Position numbers and translations under genes: made by a program. From Octopus vulgaris (taxonomy: Eukaryota), in assembly GCA_951406725.2 (NCBI GenBank), contig OX597820.1:75206001-75270000 (forward strand): 64,000 nucleotides of DNA. Direction: 5' to 3'. The notes beneath the pieces are model-generated. The model made no database searches. It saw only the letters and a list, made by a program, of their open reading frames with translations, and had not been told where the DNA came from. Below are positions 14,295 through 30,679 of the stretch, in pieces; positions within the stretch are counted from its first letter, which is position 1; each line of letters begins with the position of its first letter.

Positions 14295-14731
14295 TTTCTT
14301 CTAATGACACAAGGCCTGAAATTTTGGGGGAGGGTTCTAGTCGATTACTCCGAACCCAATGTATCAATGGTACTTAATTTATCGGCCCTTTCAAAGGATG
14401 AGAGGCAAAGTCGACCTTGGCAGAATTTGAACTCAGAAGGTAAAGACGTTTAAAATGCCGCTAAGCATTTTACCCGGCGTGCTAATGGTTCTGCCAGCTC
14501 ACCGCCTTAAATAATATTTTCTACTAATGAGACAAGGCCTGAAATTTTGGGAGAGGAGACCAGTCGATTACTTTGAACCCAGCACATGAATGGTACTTAA
14601 TTTATTGATCCTTTCAAAGGATGAAAGGCAAAGTCGACCTCGGTGGAATTTGAACTCAGAACGTAAAGACAGATGAAATGCCGTTAAGCATTTTGCCCGG
14701 CATGCTAAAGGTTCTGCCAGCTCACTGCCTT
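14295..14731 (-). mobile_element. Two tandem SINE family A copies
   Basis: 14295-14510 and 14518-14731, flanked by the repeat ctactaataac. Confidence 0.82.
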
Positions 14732-15339
14732 CCTGTCTACTACTAATAACAAGCAATACTTATTTCGTATGACGGATGAAGACCCATTTTTTTTCTTGTT
14801 CCCGACATGTTCCTCCTTCTCCAGAATGTATGTTACCTCTAATCGATACTTAGGTTCCGTAGTCAGAAGTAACTGTATTGATAATCATTGACATAAAACT
14901 AGCATTTACAGAATATGTCAACTCTAATGTCAACGTAGTTACATCTTTTACAATCGAAAGTGACGTCTCTGAGGACACCATCATGACTACTGCTAACCCA
15001 GCTTATAGGACTATAATATTTTTCTATCACTTAATTCTTCGGTAAAAATCATTGCAAGAGAGACAATAAGAGCTAATACGATAATCACTGATGTCAGCAA
15101 GTGACACTACCTTATTGCAGACACCTTAGTGACTGTTCAAAAAGTGAATTCTTTATATGTTCCATATAAGACATACAAAAATGAGAATGCCTACTGACGA
15201 TTACGATATACGTCGCTCTATTACGAAAGACTACATCAATCTAAATATCGTAATGCTTGACACCGATATGATATCAACTGACTTCTCGTTGAGTATCTTC
15301 AATATTTATTAAACAACATTTAACAAGAGGTCTCGGAAT

Positions 15340-15880
15340 GTTACATTTGTCAAAAGTTAAATTCATGCCAGAGCATCAGATTTATGCATCTGTTTGTCCG
15401 CAGAAGATTGAAGCTGATTGCTCTGTTAATGTCAACTATAAATAGATGTTTGTAGAATACTATTCGTGTCTTTGTTGTGACATTTCTTCGACAATCCTTT
15501 ATTACATCAGTTATTTCTTTTAATTTTAAATTTACTTAAATGTGACCAATAGAACGAATCTTCGATTTGTCTTCCGAATTGGTGTCTTTTTAACATTGTA
15601 TGAGTGCAAATTAACTGTTTGGACCTCCGCCCATCCTATTCTACAATAAATGATCAGCATGAGCCTTATGTTGACACTGTCTCTTAAGCAGTGATATTAG
15701 TTCTAGAATCGATAACTATGCCAATCTCCGCGTGTGAATGTATTCTGCCTGCAATGTTTCTCTCGCTATAAACTGTATCTACTATCAACACCTTATGAAT
15801 CCGCTGTACATGTGTGCAAGCCACCTGAGAAGATACTGGTTGATTAAGTGCATCTTACACGTTCTATTTCCCTATGGATA
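15340..15880 (-). pseudogene. Very degenerate CR1/Jockey-like RT relic
   Basis: Collinear motif remnants on the minus strand: GNRTC (cf. GRSC), VDTVY (cf. VDxxYLDF), LFIVDIN (cf. LFxIYIND), SAD, GMNLTFDKC (cf. MxFNxxKC). Confidence 0.33.
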
Positions 15881-18844
15881 GAAAGCTGCTGTAGTAATTA
15901 AAACTGTCAAACGAACGATACTGTCAAGCGAAACACTACTGAGGCTTGGTATGGGGAAATTGCTTCAACTGAAATATAAATATTCCTGAAAATTGACTTG
16001 ACATATCTATCGAAACTCATAAGGTAGGCGCATACAGAGAAAGCCGATGAAGCATATTTTAAGCTAATAAACCGTTGGTGGTCATAAAGTCGTGTTGTTC
16101 TACTAAAATTTACGACATATTGAAAATTATTGTTACACCTGGAAATTTAGTGTTACTCGTTCACGCTTGAAAAAGTTTAAATTTTATGATATACTCTGGC
16201 TAATTAGTGCGTACTTTTCATGAATGTTTGTCGGTGTATACAATGAATGTAATCATTGAATATATATTAATGTCTGATTTCAACTACATTTCGTTTTGCG
16301 TTAGTTGACTTCACAATAAAAATACAGTTGGGCAAAGAATTAAATGGAGGACAAAAACCGACATCAGCAAAACGCGCAACAGAGTCCCGTCACTAAATAG
16401 AGTTCTTTAAATAAACCCACTAAGCGTAGCCCACGGAATTCACAAGACTCTTCTGTTCTAAATAGTCATGTGCATTGTATATGATCACCTAATAATATAT
16501 TTTCTACAGCTGGAAGAATGCCTGAAAGTTGAAGGAGCGCGGTCTAGTCGATTACAGTAACCCAAGAACTTAGCTGTTACTTATTTCATCAACTCCGAAA
16601 AGATGAAAAGCAAAGTTAATCTTTGAAGAATATGAATTAAGAGCGTAAAGACGGTCGACGTGCTTCCAAGCATTTTGTGCAGTGTGATACCGATTCTGCA
16701 CGCCACACATTCTGCACGTTTTAATTCAATGAAAAATATTCTTTTAATAATTAAAACCCGATTCTGAAGAGGTTGAATTTGCATTTCGTTCTTTCGGGAA
16801 CGCTGAAATAAGCACCAGGAGAACACAGTGGTCAATGTAATCGACTTACAACCTACTCCGATATTGTTGGACTTCTGCCAAAACTGTATATCAATAATTG
16901 ATACTCGGTTCTGTACAAGACCAAGCACAAAAAGCCTGCTTACAAAACTAAAATTCTGCATGACAGCCATTTAATCATGTGACACAAACAACACCATACG
17001 TACAGTAAACAGTATAAAGGTGTATTATCTACAATAATAATTGAGAAAGCAAAACAAACATGAAGCTAAATCAAAAGTGAGTACAAATTCTACTCAATAA
17101 CCACAGACCACTTAATATATAGCAGAACGGACACAACACACGTCTAAAGATATAACCACTTAGCAATTTTCACATAAGTCACCCAATCAAGCTTTCTATA
17201 AAATAATGAACCATAGGCGGCCATATTGCCCCGTCATTTGACTCGAATTTAAACGGCATATTGAAACTTACAGCAACATAAGATTTTAGTATGTATTTTG
17301 AGAGTTCTAACACATTTTTCGTATTTTGCTTTCTTTGTTTGGAGGGTGGGTTACAATAGATGTAATATTTGTTGTCGGATAGAGGATGATTTAAACTTTC
17401 GATTTGCGTTGCCCACATTCACAAAGTTAATATAGCACGAATTATAATCGCATCGTACGGTTGGACTGAGACAGACGTGGACAAGAAAAAAAAAACGAAA
17501 CAAACAAACAAACTAATCTCATGCAAAGTTCTGTGTTTAAGAAGCTGTCTTAAAACAATAACGTGCTTTCGAATGCAATCTCACTACGCATCACCTTCGG
17601 CAGGTACGTTCTGCTAAAGCCCGGGACCGAGCGATACCTCGAGGGTGAGTTTCGTACAGAGCAACATTTGTGGAAACCCGTTATATGATGGCGCGTGTAT
17701 GTGTGTGTGAGAGTATGTATGTGTGTGTGTGAGTATGTGTGTGTGTGTGTGTGTGTGTGTGTATTCGAGTGTGTATTTAGTTATGTCTTTGTGTTTTATT
17801 TTGTTTACACCACTGCTTGAAAACAGGTATTGGTTTGTTGATGCCCTCGTAACAAAACGGTTCAATAAAAAAGATCCCATGGATGAAGTACTAGATTTTG
17901 AAAATAAGTAGAGTGTGTGGAGTGCGGCGGCATTTTATCGTCCGTACTCTCAAGGCAGCACCTTAGCTACAGTCCAACAACTGCAACAAGTAAAATGTGG
18001 CGACACGTTAAAATGAAGATATGATTTCACAGTCACAGCGAATGCAATGAAAATAGCATCTTCGAGAATATCGAAAGTATTTGCAGTATACAAAGATAAT
18101 TCTACAGCCTTAATGGACACAAGAACAGCTTTAAGAAAAAGAGAGGTTTGAAAAATTGAAACGTAAAATAGCATAAGTTAGACTTCTTTAATATATCCCA
18201 AGTACGTAAATATGTAACAAAGTACCGCAGCATATATATGCGCGTGGTTGGGAGAGGACTATGTGTGTGTATGTGTGTGTGTGTGTGGGTGTGTGTTTGT
18301 GTGTGTGTATATTTCATTAAGTTGTTTATACTAGAAAACACGCAGTCAACGTTATCAATGGATAAAAGAATTGATAGCTCTTTGAATTTTCAAGATACGG
18401 AAGTACAACGGAACATACAAAGGTATCATCATGCGATGCTGAAGCAGAAAACGCGATGGACGAAATGAAGAAAAACGTCGTCTGATGCTAATAGTTAACC
18501 ATTATATATGCTTATAAATGCTTTCATATTATACAAGCTATCAATGCATCGATACGGGAAACAACAATTTCCCAGAATCCACCTGTATAGAACAAAGAAT
18601 CTCTGATCACAAAAGACAAATATTCTGCCACGCAAACAATAACGATACAAAGAGAAACAGAGGGAAACATTGGCTGATGCTGAAAATGAAGGTTGTAATG
18701 TGAGTTACACTTTTAGTGGTGCAATAAAGAGCGTAAATTGCGTTAGCGATGTTAATAGCATTAATGCTGGAAGTATTAACAATGATTTCTATTCTTCACA
18801 ATAATGAATTTCATTATTAATAATGAATATAAAGCGGAATTTAA

Positions 18845-19415
18845 GAGCTGGCAGAACCGTTAGAGCCTTGGACAAAATGTTAAGCGGCATTTCTTACAGC
18901 ATATTACGTTCGAGTTCAAATAACAACGCGTCGATTTTTCCTTTCATCCTTACGGGGTCGATAATCTAAATACCAGTTGAACACGGAGGTCAATGTAATC
19001 AAGTAACGCCCTCTCCTTAAAATTACTGGTCCTGCGCGAAAGTTTGAATCCATTATTCTTCCAGCACAATAAAAGTTCACCGACTTTAACTTTGCTTTTT
19101 ATTACATCGGTCTCATAATGTATAAGTGAACCACTTGGGACAATTACTTCGAATGACCCCATAACTCTCAAAATTACAAGCGATGCAAGCTTCCTAAATT
19201 TCAGACAACTAATAACAGTTTCAAAATTTGGCACAAGATGTGTGAAAATCCATTACTTCGATCCTAGTGTTCAAATGGTACTTATTTTATCGACCCCGAA
19301 AAGATGAAAAGCAGAATCGACGTCGGCGGAATTTGAACGTAAACTAAATGACGGAGACGAAATGCCGCTAAGCTCTCTTGCAGACGTACTAACGATTCTG
19401 CTAGCTCGCCGCCTT
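18845..19415. mobile_element. Two SINE family A copies in opposite orientation (18845-19052 +, 19215-19415 -)
   Basis: Both carry the head gagctrgcagaa and the tcatc...cggggtcgataa core. Confidence 0.75.
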
Positions 19416-20748
19416 TCAGATAATTAATACTAATCACTCTAAGTTGTCTATCTGTTACAACCACCCGGATGTCCATAAAAACGCAATGCGAAATTTCTTC
19501 TGAATTTTTCCGCCAAGATCAACGAAGAATTTAGATAAAATATAGTGGCATTGGGTCGATGTCATCGGCTAACAACGATGTCATCGGCTACACTCGAAAA
19601 TACCGTCCTTGTGTCTAAATAAGAAACATTTATTGTTTTTAGTAATGACTGTGATTATCTAACTGCCAGAATTGATAGTGTTCGAAGTGCTAGGTATTCG
19701 ATTTGCAACCTTTTAGCATTTTTCTCCAGATTCAGGAGTCAGAAACCATTAGCATAGAGTACGGTAATTTGGCATAATCGTTAGCGCGTCGAAATATTTT
19801 CTTGGGCTACTATGTCCTCGCTCATTACGCCATGAGTTCAGATCCCACTTAGGTCAAATTTGGTCTATACCTATCCTGTTTCGATAAAATAACGTATCAC
19901 CTACCCTGGAACCTAAATTTCTATCTGTGTATAAATCAGAAATTATGTTTAATATTGTCTAAGGCGGTTAACTAAGAGAATCGGTAGCACACAGGACAAA
20001 ATGCTTATCGTCGTTTTGTCTGTCTTTACGTTCTATGTTCAAATTTTATGGACAGCAAGAGTGTATCTTCTGCTGTTCAAGTCTATGACGTACAACCTTA
20101 TATTCCCTATACAGCTACTCTATTGGTTTTTTATCCTGGGAACTAAACAGCCTCATCGTAAGATCAATCACGCCGACACTCAATTCTCTAATACATTATA
20201 GCCATTCATATTTTCTTCATCACCTATTCCCTGATCTCACTAATTTCACAGATCTTCCAGCCCGAACTTCAACTCTAATGGAATTTATTTCATAGTCAAG
20301 TTTTTGTAGCAATCTTCATTTTGAAACTGTTCAATGGTGTTCAATGGAACATGAAATGCCTTGATGTCAACAGTCTCAGAAGGCTTAGGAACTCCTTCTC
20401 CCTGATCGCGCTATTAAAATTATCTAGAATCCTGTCACATTCAGTAGTGACTAGCATTTGACGTCACTTGTGAACAAGTACGTTATAGCAACCGTTTAAA
20501 CGCTTCCTAGAGCAGTCGTCGCAAACCATATGGAAAATGCTATTGAGATAACTGTATAATTTAATATGCAATGTACATTGTTAAACAGTATCATAGCATG
20601 TAAATAGTATTTTATATATAATGTCTTGTTATAAAATGTAAGCGACCAATATATATCAAATGTTTAGATGTATGAAGACCATTTTTGAAATCAGGTAACT
20701 TAGGAAACATGCTGTCGCTAAAATTGAAAGAAAAGTACATTTTGGACT

Positions 20749-21122
20749 AACAACGGCACTCAGAGAGCGCAAACCTCTGCCAATGCGGCATCAAAGTCTT
20801 CTTCACGATTAACCGGAAAGGATTTTTAAAATGAAAATATCTGAAATAAACTCGACTGCCCTGACAAACGAGAATACTAAAATTGAACACGACCGCTCTG
20901 AAAAATTAAGTAAAAAGACAGGGAAACATAATCCAGAATCCTCGTCCGGTACTGGATTGATCTCCAAATCTAATCAGTTCGTGCCAGTCACGAGGCCAAA
21001 AATCCCTGGTAGTTTCATCCGAATCCATCCAGTGTTTCTTGAGATATCTTGTCCGCGGACAAACAAACAAACAAACACACGACGGAAAACAATAATTCTG
21101 CCTTTGCTTAAGCGGAGGTAAT
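20749..21122 (+). mobile_element. Non-autonomous Helentron-associated (HINE/DINE-1-like) element
   Basis: 5' subterminal acctctgcc versus 3' gcggaggt, (CAAA)n microsatellite, 3' stem-loop ttctgcct..aagcggag, A-rich flanks. Confidence 0.5.
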
Positions 21123-21853
21123 AAATATAGACAATTCTGAAATTTGGGGTTCTTAAATTTAAAACAAGATATTCACTTTAATTAAGAGATAATGTGTGAA
21201 AAACGGTTTTCTCAAGGGAATATATTTGAAAGCAACCAAAGTTCTTATACTTGACCACGTGCAACAACAGTATGCCTTCCAAAAAACAAATAAGATGATA
21301 ACTTATTTTCAAACACATAAACATTGAGAGATGTAAGTAATACGAATTCAAAAACTGGTTGGAGGTGTATGTGGCCACGATAGGAATTGGAATAGAATTT
21401 GACCAAATTATTAGAGTATTTGATTAGAGACTTGTAAACAGATTCACAAATTGGAAATGTATTGACATGGATGATGTTTACACTTGATTGTGGTTTTTAT
21501 TTGACAAGCTGGTTATCCAAATGATTGAAGCTTCGATTCAGCTCTCGAGAATAACCCTTTCCTTGTTCCCAATTAGGCTCTTTCTTTCACTACACTGACG
21601 ATGTTTAAGAACAGGCCAATTTAATTATTGTTTGCTTCAGCTTTTATCCTTCCATAACATACGAACACACATACACACACACAAATATATTCATACATAT
21701 ATAGATACATACGTAGATACAGACATACATACATGCATACATGCATATATACATACATACATACATACATGCATATATATATATATACCTACAGATATGC
21801 ATGCATACATGCATGCATATATATATATATACATATACATATATACATATACT

Positions 21854-21918
<65 letters not shown>

Positions 21919-21920
21919 TT

Positions 21921-21995
21921 ATTTATTTTATGGAAGGAGCTTCTACAGGACTAGAACAGTTCTAGTCCTGCAGAAGCTCCTTCTATAAAATAAAT
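21921..21995. repeat. 75-bp palindrome heading a short insert in (TA)n
   Basis: 37-bp arms, 1-nt centre, 2 mismatches. Confidence 0.9.
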
Positions 21996-22058
21996 TAATT
22001 TACTCTGCTATGTATTGGGTACCTTATTTACTGTGGTTAACCCCGACTCAACCCGGTA

Positions 22059-22104
<46 letters not shown>

Positions 22105-22268
22105 CAGACATGCATACATATTTGTGTGATCAGCTTGGAAATTTGTTTAGACACTGGGATATTTTCTTACTTTGCTTTACAAGAAACCAATGGTAGCCTT
22201 AATCCACAGATAAAGAAATTATAACCACCAATGCGGTGTTGAACACTAATTTTCATCGTTAGACATTA

Positions 22269-22329
<61 letters not shown>

Positions 22330-25300
22330 TAGATAGATAGAGAGACAGACAGATACATTGATAGATAGATAGAGAGAGAGAGGGAGAGGGAGAATAAGAG
22401 AGGGAGATCAAATATCAAATCAAATACAAAACAAAAACAACAAAATTTCAATGTAACGTTACCAGTTTATATGAAGTTGACTGTGGAAAAATGAAGAAAA
22501 TTGTTCGTTAGAAGTGAGACTAGCTTTAGGAAAAATGCTGGTTGATCACGTTCCCATGTGTACCGCTCTCCAAAATATTAGATTAGTGAAGGTTTTCAAT
22601 AATACAGCTTCAGTACACTAGAACAGAGGAATTGCATTCCTTAAAAGCTACCTGATCAGTACCTTGTTAACGAGAGGGTTCTCGAGAATAAGAACTTGAA
22701 GTGAAAAGAACCGATGCTATAGTTTGATCTTTTATTATTTCCAGGTACTTGGATAGATTGATGATCGTATACTGCTTTCGATACATTGATGCATTTTCTC
22801 AAATCCATGAAGTGCTCAAATATGCGGATGTATCATCGAACTTTTTTACATGAGTAGCTGAAAGAATGTTCTTAGAGTATCAAACGAGCTCACGGCTTTA
22901 AGCACTAACTTCGAATTTCCTTGCTTCGTAGAACCTGTTAATATCATGTATTCAGTAGTAATGTCTCCCCGCCCCCTAGGTCAGTGCAGTATTTTTTTTT
23001 CAAAAGTGATTCCATTATTGGACATTCCAAGATGAGAGTCCATTTAATCTGTAGATAAATCTATGGTCGTTGATCTTGATTGGCTAATATAAAAGTCCAG
23101 TCTGGATAAGTGTATCGGAAAATCGAAAAGTGGTCTCAACTAACATATGCGAAAGTAGATTTAAATGTTAATTGTTTGCATGAAAGCTGGAAAAGCATAT
23201 CTTTCATTCCTACACGATGCAAAAGACATATGCAGCTCAAGACCAGATTTTATACCCTAAAAATATCTCGAAATGTCTATAACGTGGATGCCAAATATCA
23301 AAATGAAATACCATGAAAAATTACATCTGTATAGTGTGTGGGTGTGTGTCCATATTTCCACTTAGCCAAATGTGGAGAAGCAATAACCTTTTGTTACAAG
23401 CTTTCTGATATTAGCCTTATTAGAATATGCATGCACACACAAACATACGTACCCACTCATTAGCTACTTATATTCATTTGGCAATATGTAAATATTATGA
23501 GATTAAGATACACAACAAATAGTACGAACAGCAATTAGGAGAAATTCTTACTCGAAATGACCAAGTCGTAATACTCTTGAATGTTTGTATATAAACGGAT
23601 TATGAAATTAAATATATTTAGTATAATTAAAGATGAATAAAGAAAGGATGTCTTTTTATCAATATTTTAAACTAATTAGAGTAGAGGTTTGCTGTAAAGG
23701 ATGTTGAAGAATTCTGAAAATGCAAAAATTTGGAAAGAAAAGAAAAACATTTGTGAGGTGGTAATATAAGTTCTCTTATAGTGGAAGCATTGCAAGCAGT
23801 TAAAGGGAAGATTTTCACAAGAAAATAAATTTGAATTATATCCGCCTCTACATGTTGCAAGAGAAATCGCATTTTTACCAGGAAAAAAACATTGAAGAAA
23901 TATAGTTGTGATTTTCAGCACAATCAAATACTTTGCTTTTCCCCAGAAGGAACCATCGATCAAGTTATCCCGTATTTGACTTCCACATAGTTCATTTCAG
24001 TCCGGAAGGATAAAACTACAAATTGTTGGGTCTTCACCTAAAACTCCCTGACTAACAGCCATTGGGACTTTTGTCTGCCGCTCTAAAAATACTTCTAGCA
24101 TGGACAATGACAATATCGATTATGCTGATAATAATTTAGTTATAATTTTATGGTAAAACTATTAAAATCAGGTAATGTCTTGGGAGGATCATTACACCAA
24201 CAATAATAACACAGTCACTAGATCAATATCAGTTTGTTGTTGTTTTTACTGCCCTAACGACCTTGTCAAGACACAACAAAAATTCTTTGTCAACACAGGA
24301 GTTCTCATCAAGAATCTTGCAAACAAAATACAAAAAGAAGTGTAAAAATCAGCTTAAACTATTATTTGAAGACAACTGATTCTTGTTTTACCAAAACTAG
24401 AAAGGATGAAAGTAATAAGATGTTGTCACTATATTATTGTAGGGTGACCGAAATATTAACATATGTTAGAAATTTGTTCAGCCAAGTGATTTCAAGTTGT
24501 CCATTCATACATGAATGCAGTTTTGAATGATTTTCCAAATATAAAAACTGTTTGAACCGAAATATTATTACATACCTATCTCCTTGAGTATGATTATCCC
24601 AATGATAACTTCTTACACTACAATTGAGATACAACTCCTCCCTTATATATAAAGAAAAGACGTCAGTAAGAAAGCAGGTGAGAAGCTGACTGATTTTATC
24701 AAAGACACGAACCAACGAGGGTGTCCCTTAGTGGCTATCCGACCTACTGAGGAGACATCAACTAAATTCTTCTTATATCATATTCTATCCATTTAAAGAA
24801 AGGAATAAAAGAGAAACAATTGCCAATGTCGTGAAGATATAAAGGATTTCCTGAAGATGGCCACGTTTGGTACGTCATTTTTATAGGTCGCTAACATCAG
24901 GTTTGGCATATTTCCAAAGATAATTAGGAAAAAAGAAAGAGAATATTAAATATATTGCACCTGCACGCACTTGTTGATAACTGAAACATCCAAAATTTAG
25001 CAACGCGCAAGGAGCTTAAGATAAAGATACGTAAAGCTTAAGGTCTGAGATTAGGTACAAAGAGTAAAGAAGGGTTATGGAGGCGTTGGGTGTTATGAGG
25101 GTTTTGGATTCCTGTGAGAAATAAACACTTAATTTATATTTATATTTAAATATTTCTGAGTCAAAATTAGAATATGAGTAGGACATATGTTTTTAGAAAG
25201 CAGAAACATAACGGAATATGTGCAAACGTCCAATAGAATGCCATTACGTAAGACCTCGCCTTTTCAGAAAATTCTATAAAAATCATTTATCACAGCAGAT

Positions 25301-26269
25301 AAGACACAAATTCACTCGTCTACTAGTATATTAAATCATACACATAGTGGATGGGATAGTACAACGATATACATCTTATAAACAACTGCGCAAATTTGCT
25401 TCTGTTTGTTTAAATAATGTACTTTTTTTGCTTTATTTAACAAAAGAAAATGGTGAGGGAGCGTTTTTAAATCGCCGTTCGGTGAAAGAGGACGTTGAGT
25501 TATTTAATGCTTTCTGATTTGTTAAGGAAGGTCTTTGACAGTTCTGTTGTAACTGCGTACCAATAAGACACGGCATCCTGTGAGCATGTACACGAGTGTC
25601 TGTCAGTGATATACAATTTTATGGCTAGATTTGAATGTATGCTTAAGAAGGGCTCTTCACAACTAAATGACATTCATTTCAATTTAACAGCACACGTATG
25701 ATTTTTAACGTATCCGCGGAAACTCACACAAGGAAAGGAGGAAGTTTTATTTAGACGGAAGCTCTACTCCTAATACATACAATTTCTGTCTGCTTAGTTT
25801 CAGGCATTTGGAGTCGATTGAACCGACGCAATCTTCCGTCAGGATTCCTGCCCCGCGTCTATGCTAGAAAATATTGGTCATACACATCTATGATATAGGA
25901 ATATATGTGAACATATTGCAGTATGTTTATGTTTGGTGGGAGGAAAATGTGTGTGGCGACACAGAAAATAAAGAGAAAAATTGTGTAAAGTAGAATTACA
26001 CACAACTTATACAGAATTAAAAACTTTTGAGTCTGGTATGATAATAAATAAGTGTATAGCAAAGTAGAGAGCCAGGAAGGTAATAGGTCTGATAAACAAT
26101 TATGAATATTTATTTGGCATATCGTGGAGAAAGGAAAAACGAAATCAGCAACGAAGGGAGATGAAATGGAATCAGTATGGTAAAGGACGTGAGGAAATAC
26201 AGCGAGGTATATTGGGAAATAGAGTCAGAATCGGAAAAGAAAATACCGATAATGATATTATTGATAATA

Positions 26270-26296
26270 GATAATAATGACGACAACGACGATGAC

Positions 26297-26346
<50 letters not shown>

Positions 26347-26363
26347 GAATGATGATGATGATT

Positions 26364-26422
<59 letters not shown>

Positions 26423-26590
26423 GGTGGTGTTGACGACAACGACGAGGACAAAGGCAGCAATGAGGATAATGATTAAGAACTGGATGGTAGTGTTGATAAT
26501 GCTATGAATAATTTGATGATGCAGATTATATGACGACGACGATGACAATGATGATGATGATGATGATGATGACGACGACGACGACGCCGG
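26270..26590. repeat. Compound trinucleotide microsatellite (GAT/GAC/GGT)n just inside the HS3ST intron
   Basis: Directly visible; source of the spurious poly-D/M/I ORFs. Confidence 0.95.
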
Positions 26591-26656
26591 CGACAACATC
26601 TATTACGATGACATTGAGGATGATGACTATAAGGAGACGATTTCAAAGAAGACTTA

Positions 26657-27973
<1,317 letters not shown>

Positions 27974-29586
27974 TTAATCGTTGATTGTTGGGTCCAGTTC
28001 GGTGAAGCGTTAAATGCCCATTTTGTACGCACTGCTGTTTCAAGTAAAAAGTTTAGTAAATCCATATATTCTTCTTAAAGTGTCATTATCTTATCCACAC
28101 GTAAGCAATGTAATCAACAAGTAAAGCTATAACTTAAAAAGAAAGAAAAAAGAAAGCCTCTGTCATGTTTCAGCATATAGAGGCATGTGCAGAAAAAGAA
28201 AGTGACCTGTTCCAGTTTATGACGTGATAACTAACTACTAATAATAAATATATATTACTTGGAGATAGCTCTCGGAAATGCCGTAGGTGTGTCTAAGCAT
28301 ATTGATAATTGTTTGTTAGATTAGTTATCTCCTGTCACTTGTCACGTTAAATTTCTGAGTTTCTAATGGAGAGAGAAAAATAATCATATTTACAAAAAAA
28401 AATTATATTAAAAAAAATCTAACAAAGTATTTATGATACAATAAAATTACTTCCGGTGATTCGATCTGACATGTTACTTCAGATATGACGCTATATATAT
28501 ATATATTTATTTTTTTAAATTTCCATGTGACTGGTTCTTTTTATCTCAATCAAACGTACATCTCCTCTTACTTCCTGGAATTATTTTATATAATGTTCAT
28601 CTTAATAACACTGTTTCCTTCATTCAGTATTTTTCTCCTTCTGTGAAAAACTCATTCGTTCAGACCTCCAAAATATACAATACTGTTCGCGAAATTGCAA
28701 TGCATACCTTCACACAGGTAGTCAGCTTGACAAAACACTATAAATTTTCAAAATAAACTTAGAGACATACCTGTAGCAGTTTTATAATAAACGCATTCAC
28801 TACTCACTTTCTTTCAAAGTACTTCTGTATACTTTCTTCGACGTCCTTCTTTTCCTCAAGTTTGCAATTTTGTTCCTTATATTCTACCAGCTGGTATTTA
28901 GTATCCATCCTCATATTCTCCTTTCTGTTACTTTTATCACGTTTTTATTATTATTATCATGAGTTTGGTATCCGAATTCAGTCCATTAAAGTGGTAGATT
29001 TGATCCACTAACACCTTGACCGAAATTATTTGGCCTTCAACCTATGCTAAAAGGGATTATTATTATTATTATCCATTAAAAAAATGTCTAAAATACTACT
29101 AATATTATCATCTTCCTTTCATTTCCAGCCATCTGGGTACTTTGGGATATATATTTTTCTAAAGTAGAAAACAATATTTATTTAGTTATTATTTAAAAAA
29201 AAAACATCTTTTCAATCGTTTCTGAGCATAACGCTTGTTTCTTTTCTTTCATATTTATCTCCACTACAACTTAATTATGAATTAAATCAAATCAGATACC
29301 ATTCATACTTATATTGTAAATCATGTTAAATTCGAAAAAGCAAATTACCTTGTATGTATAAACAAAACTATAATTATAATCTTTGTGATAATTACAAAGA
29401 TTATCACGAAAAAATAAATGAATCATTAACTGTAAAAGAACTAAAAAGTGTATAGCACCAATTGCAGTAGCAGAATTTTTGTTAATCTTCGAACATTTTG
29501 TACCTTTACAGCAGTTAAACTTTCACTTGTCGATTAGTTTTGTGTGTGATATATACTTGTATTGGTGAACAAACGAGCAGTGTATA

Positions 29587-29686
<100 letters not shown>

Positions 29687-29892
29687 TTGTATATATGTAT
29701 ATATATATGTATGTATGTATATATACTCACACTCACTAAGATAAGTGGAGTAAGCAAGAGAGAAAGAAAAATGAAGAGATGTGTATTTATATGTGTGTGT
29801 GTGTGCATATGTGTGCGCGTTTGTATGTATATGTGTGTACGGAGGTGATTATTATATTTTTATGTATATATGTAAGTGTGTATATGTGTGTG

Positions 29893-29933
<41 letters not shown>

Positions 29934-30679
29934 ATGTGTATATATGTGTGTGTGTGTGTTTGTGTGTGTAAAATATATGGAGTGTATATATTACAAGTTT
30001 TAAATTCAAACAAAAATAATCGCCTTTGAAAAATTCTAGCAGTAGTTACAGGTAATCTTGAAGCTTATGTTGTTGTGATGCATCTTTTGTTTTCTTTCTC
30101 ACAACACATTTTTTTTTCAACAAAGTCTATCTCTGTATATTTTCATATTGTTTGTGTCCACGTAACTCTAGTTTCTCTGTACTTTTTCCTTCATCCACAT
30201 AATATCACAACGTTCGCGCATTGTAATCTGTCCACTATGAAGCAACAGCACTACGCTCTACACTTCGCTGCATGCTTTTCTAGTTCTAACTACCTCTAGT
30301 AAAAACACAACTTGTTGGTTGTAGTTCCTGATTTCTTCCGTCTTTCCGTCTTTCCGAATTGCTCGCTCGTGTAAAATCCACAACGTTGTATCTGTTGCTA
30401 CTCAACTCTCCAGCAGCTTCCACCTCATCATTCATTTACATAAACTCTTCATCACATTGTTTTCATTTTCCTTCTTCCTTTATTCGTTCTAATGTATTTA
30501 TAGATTAGCAAATCATTTGTTTTTCTTGCTTTTTTTTATATATTTATTTATTTATTTATTTTATCTTCTCTTTCATCGACCGCATTTTACTATCTTTCTT
30601 ACTATCAGCGCCCATCTAATCTCTCCATTTCTCGCCTTCTCTATCTACCTATACAATTTTTTTCACCTCAGGAACAAAA

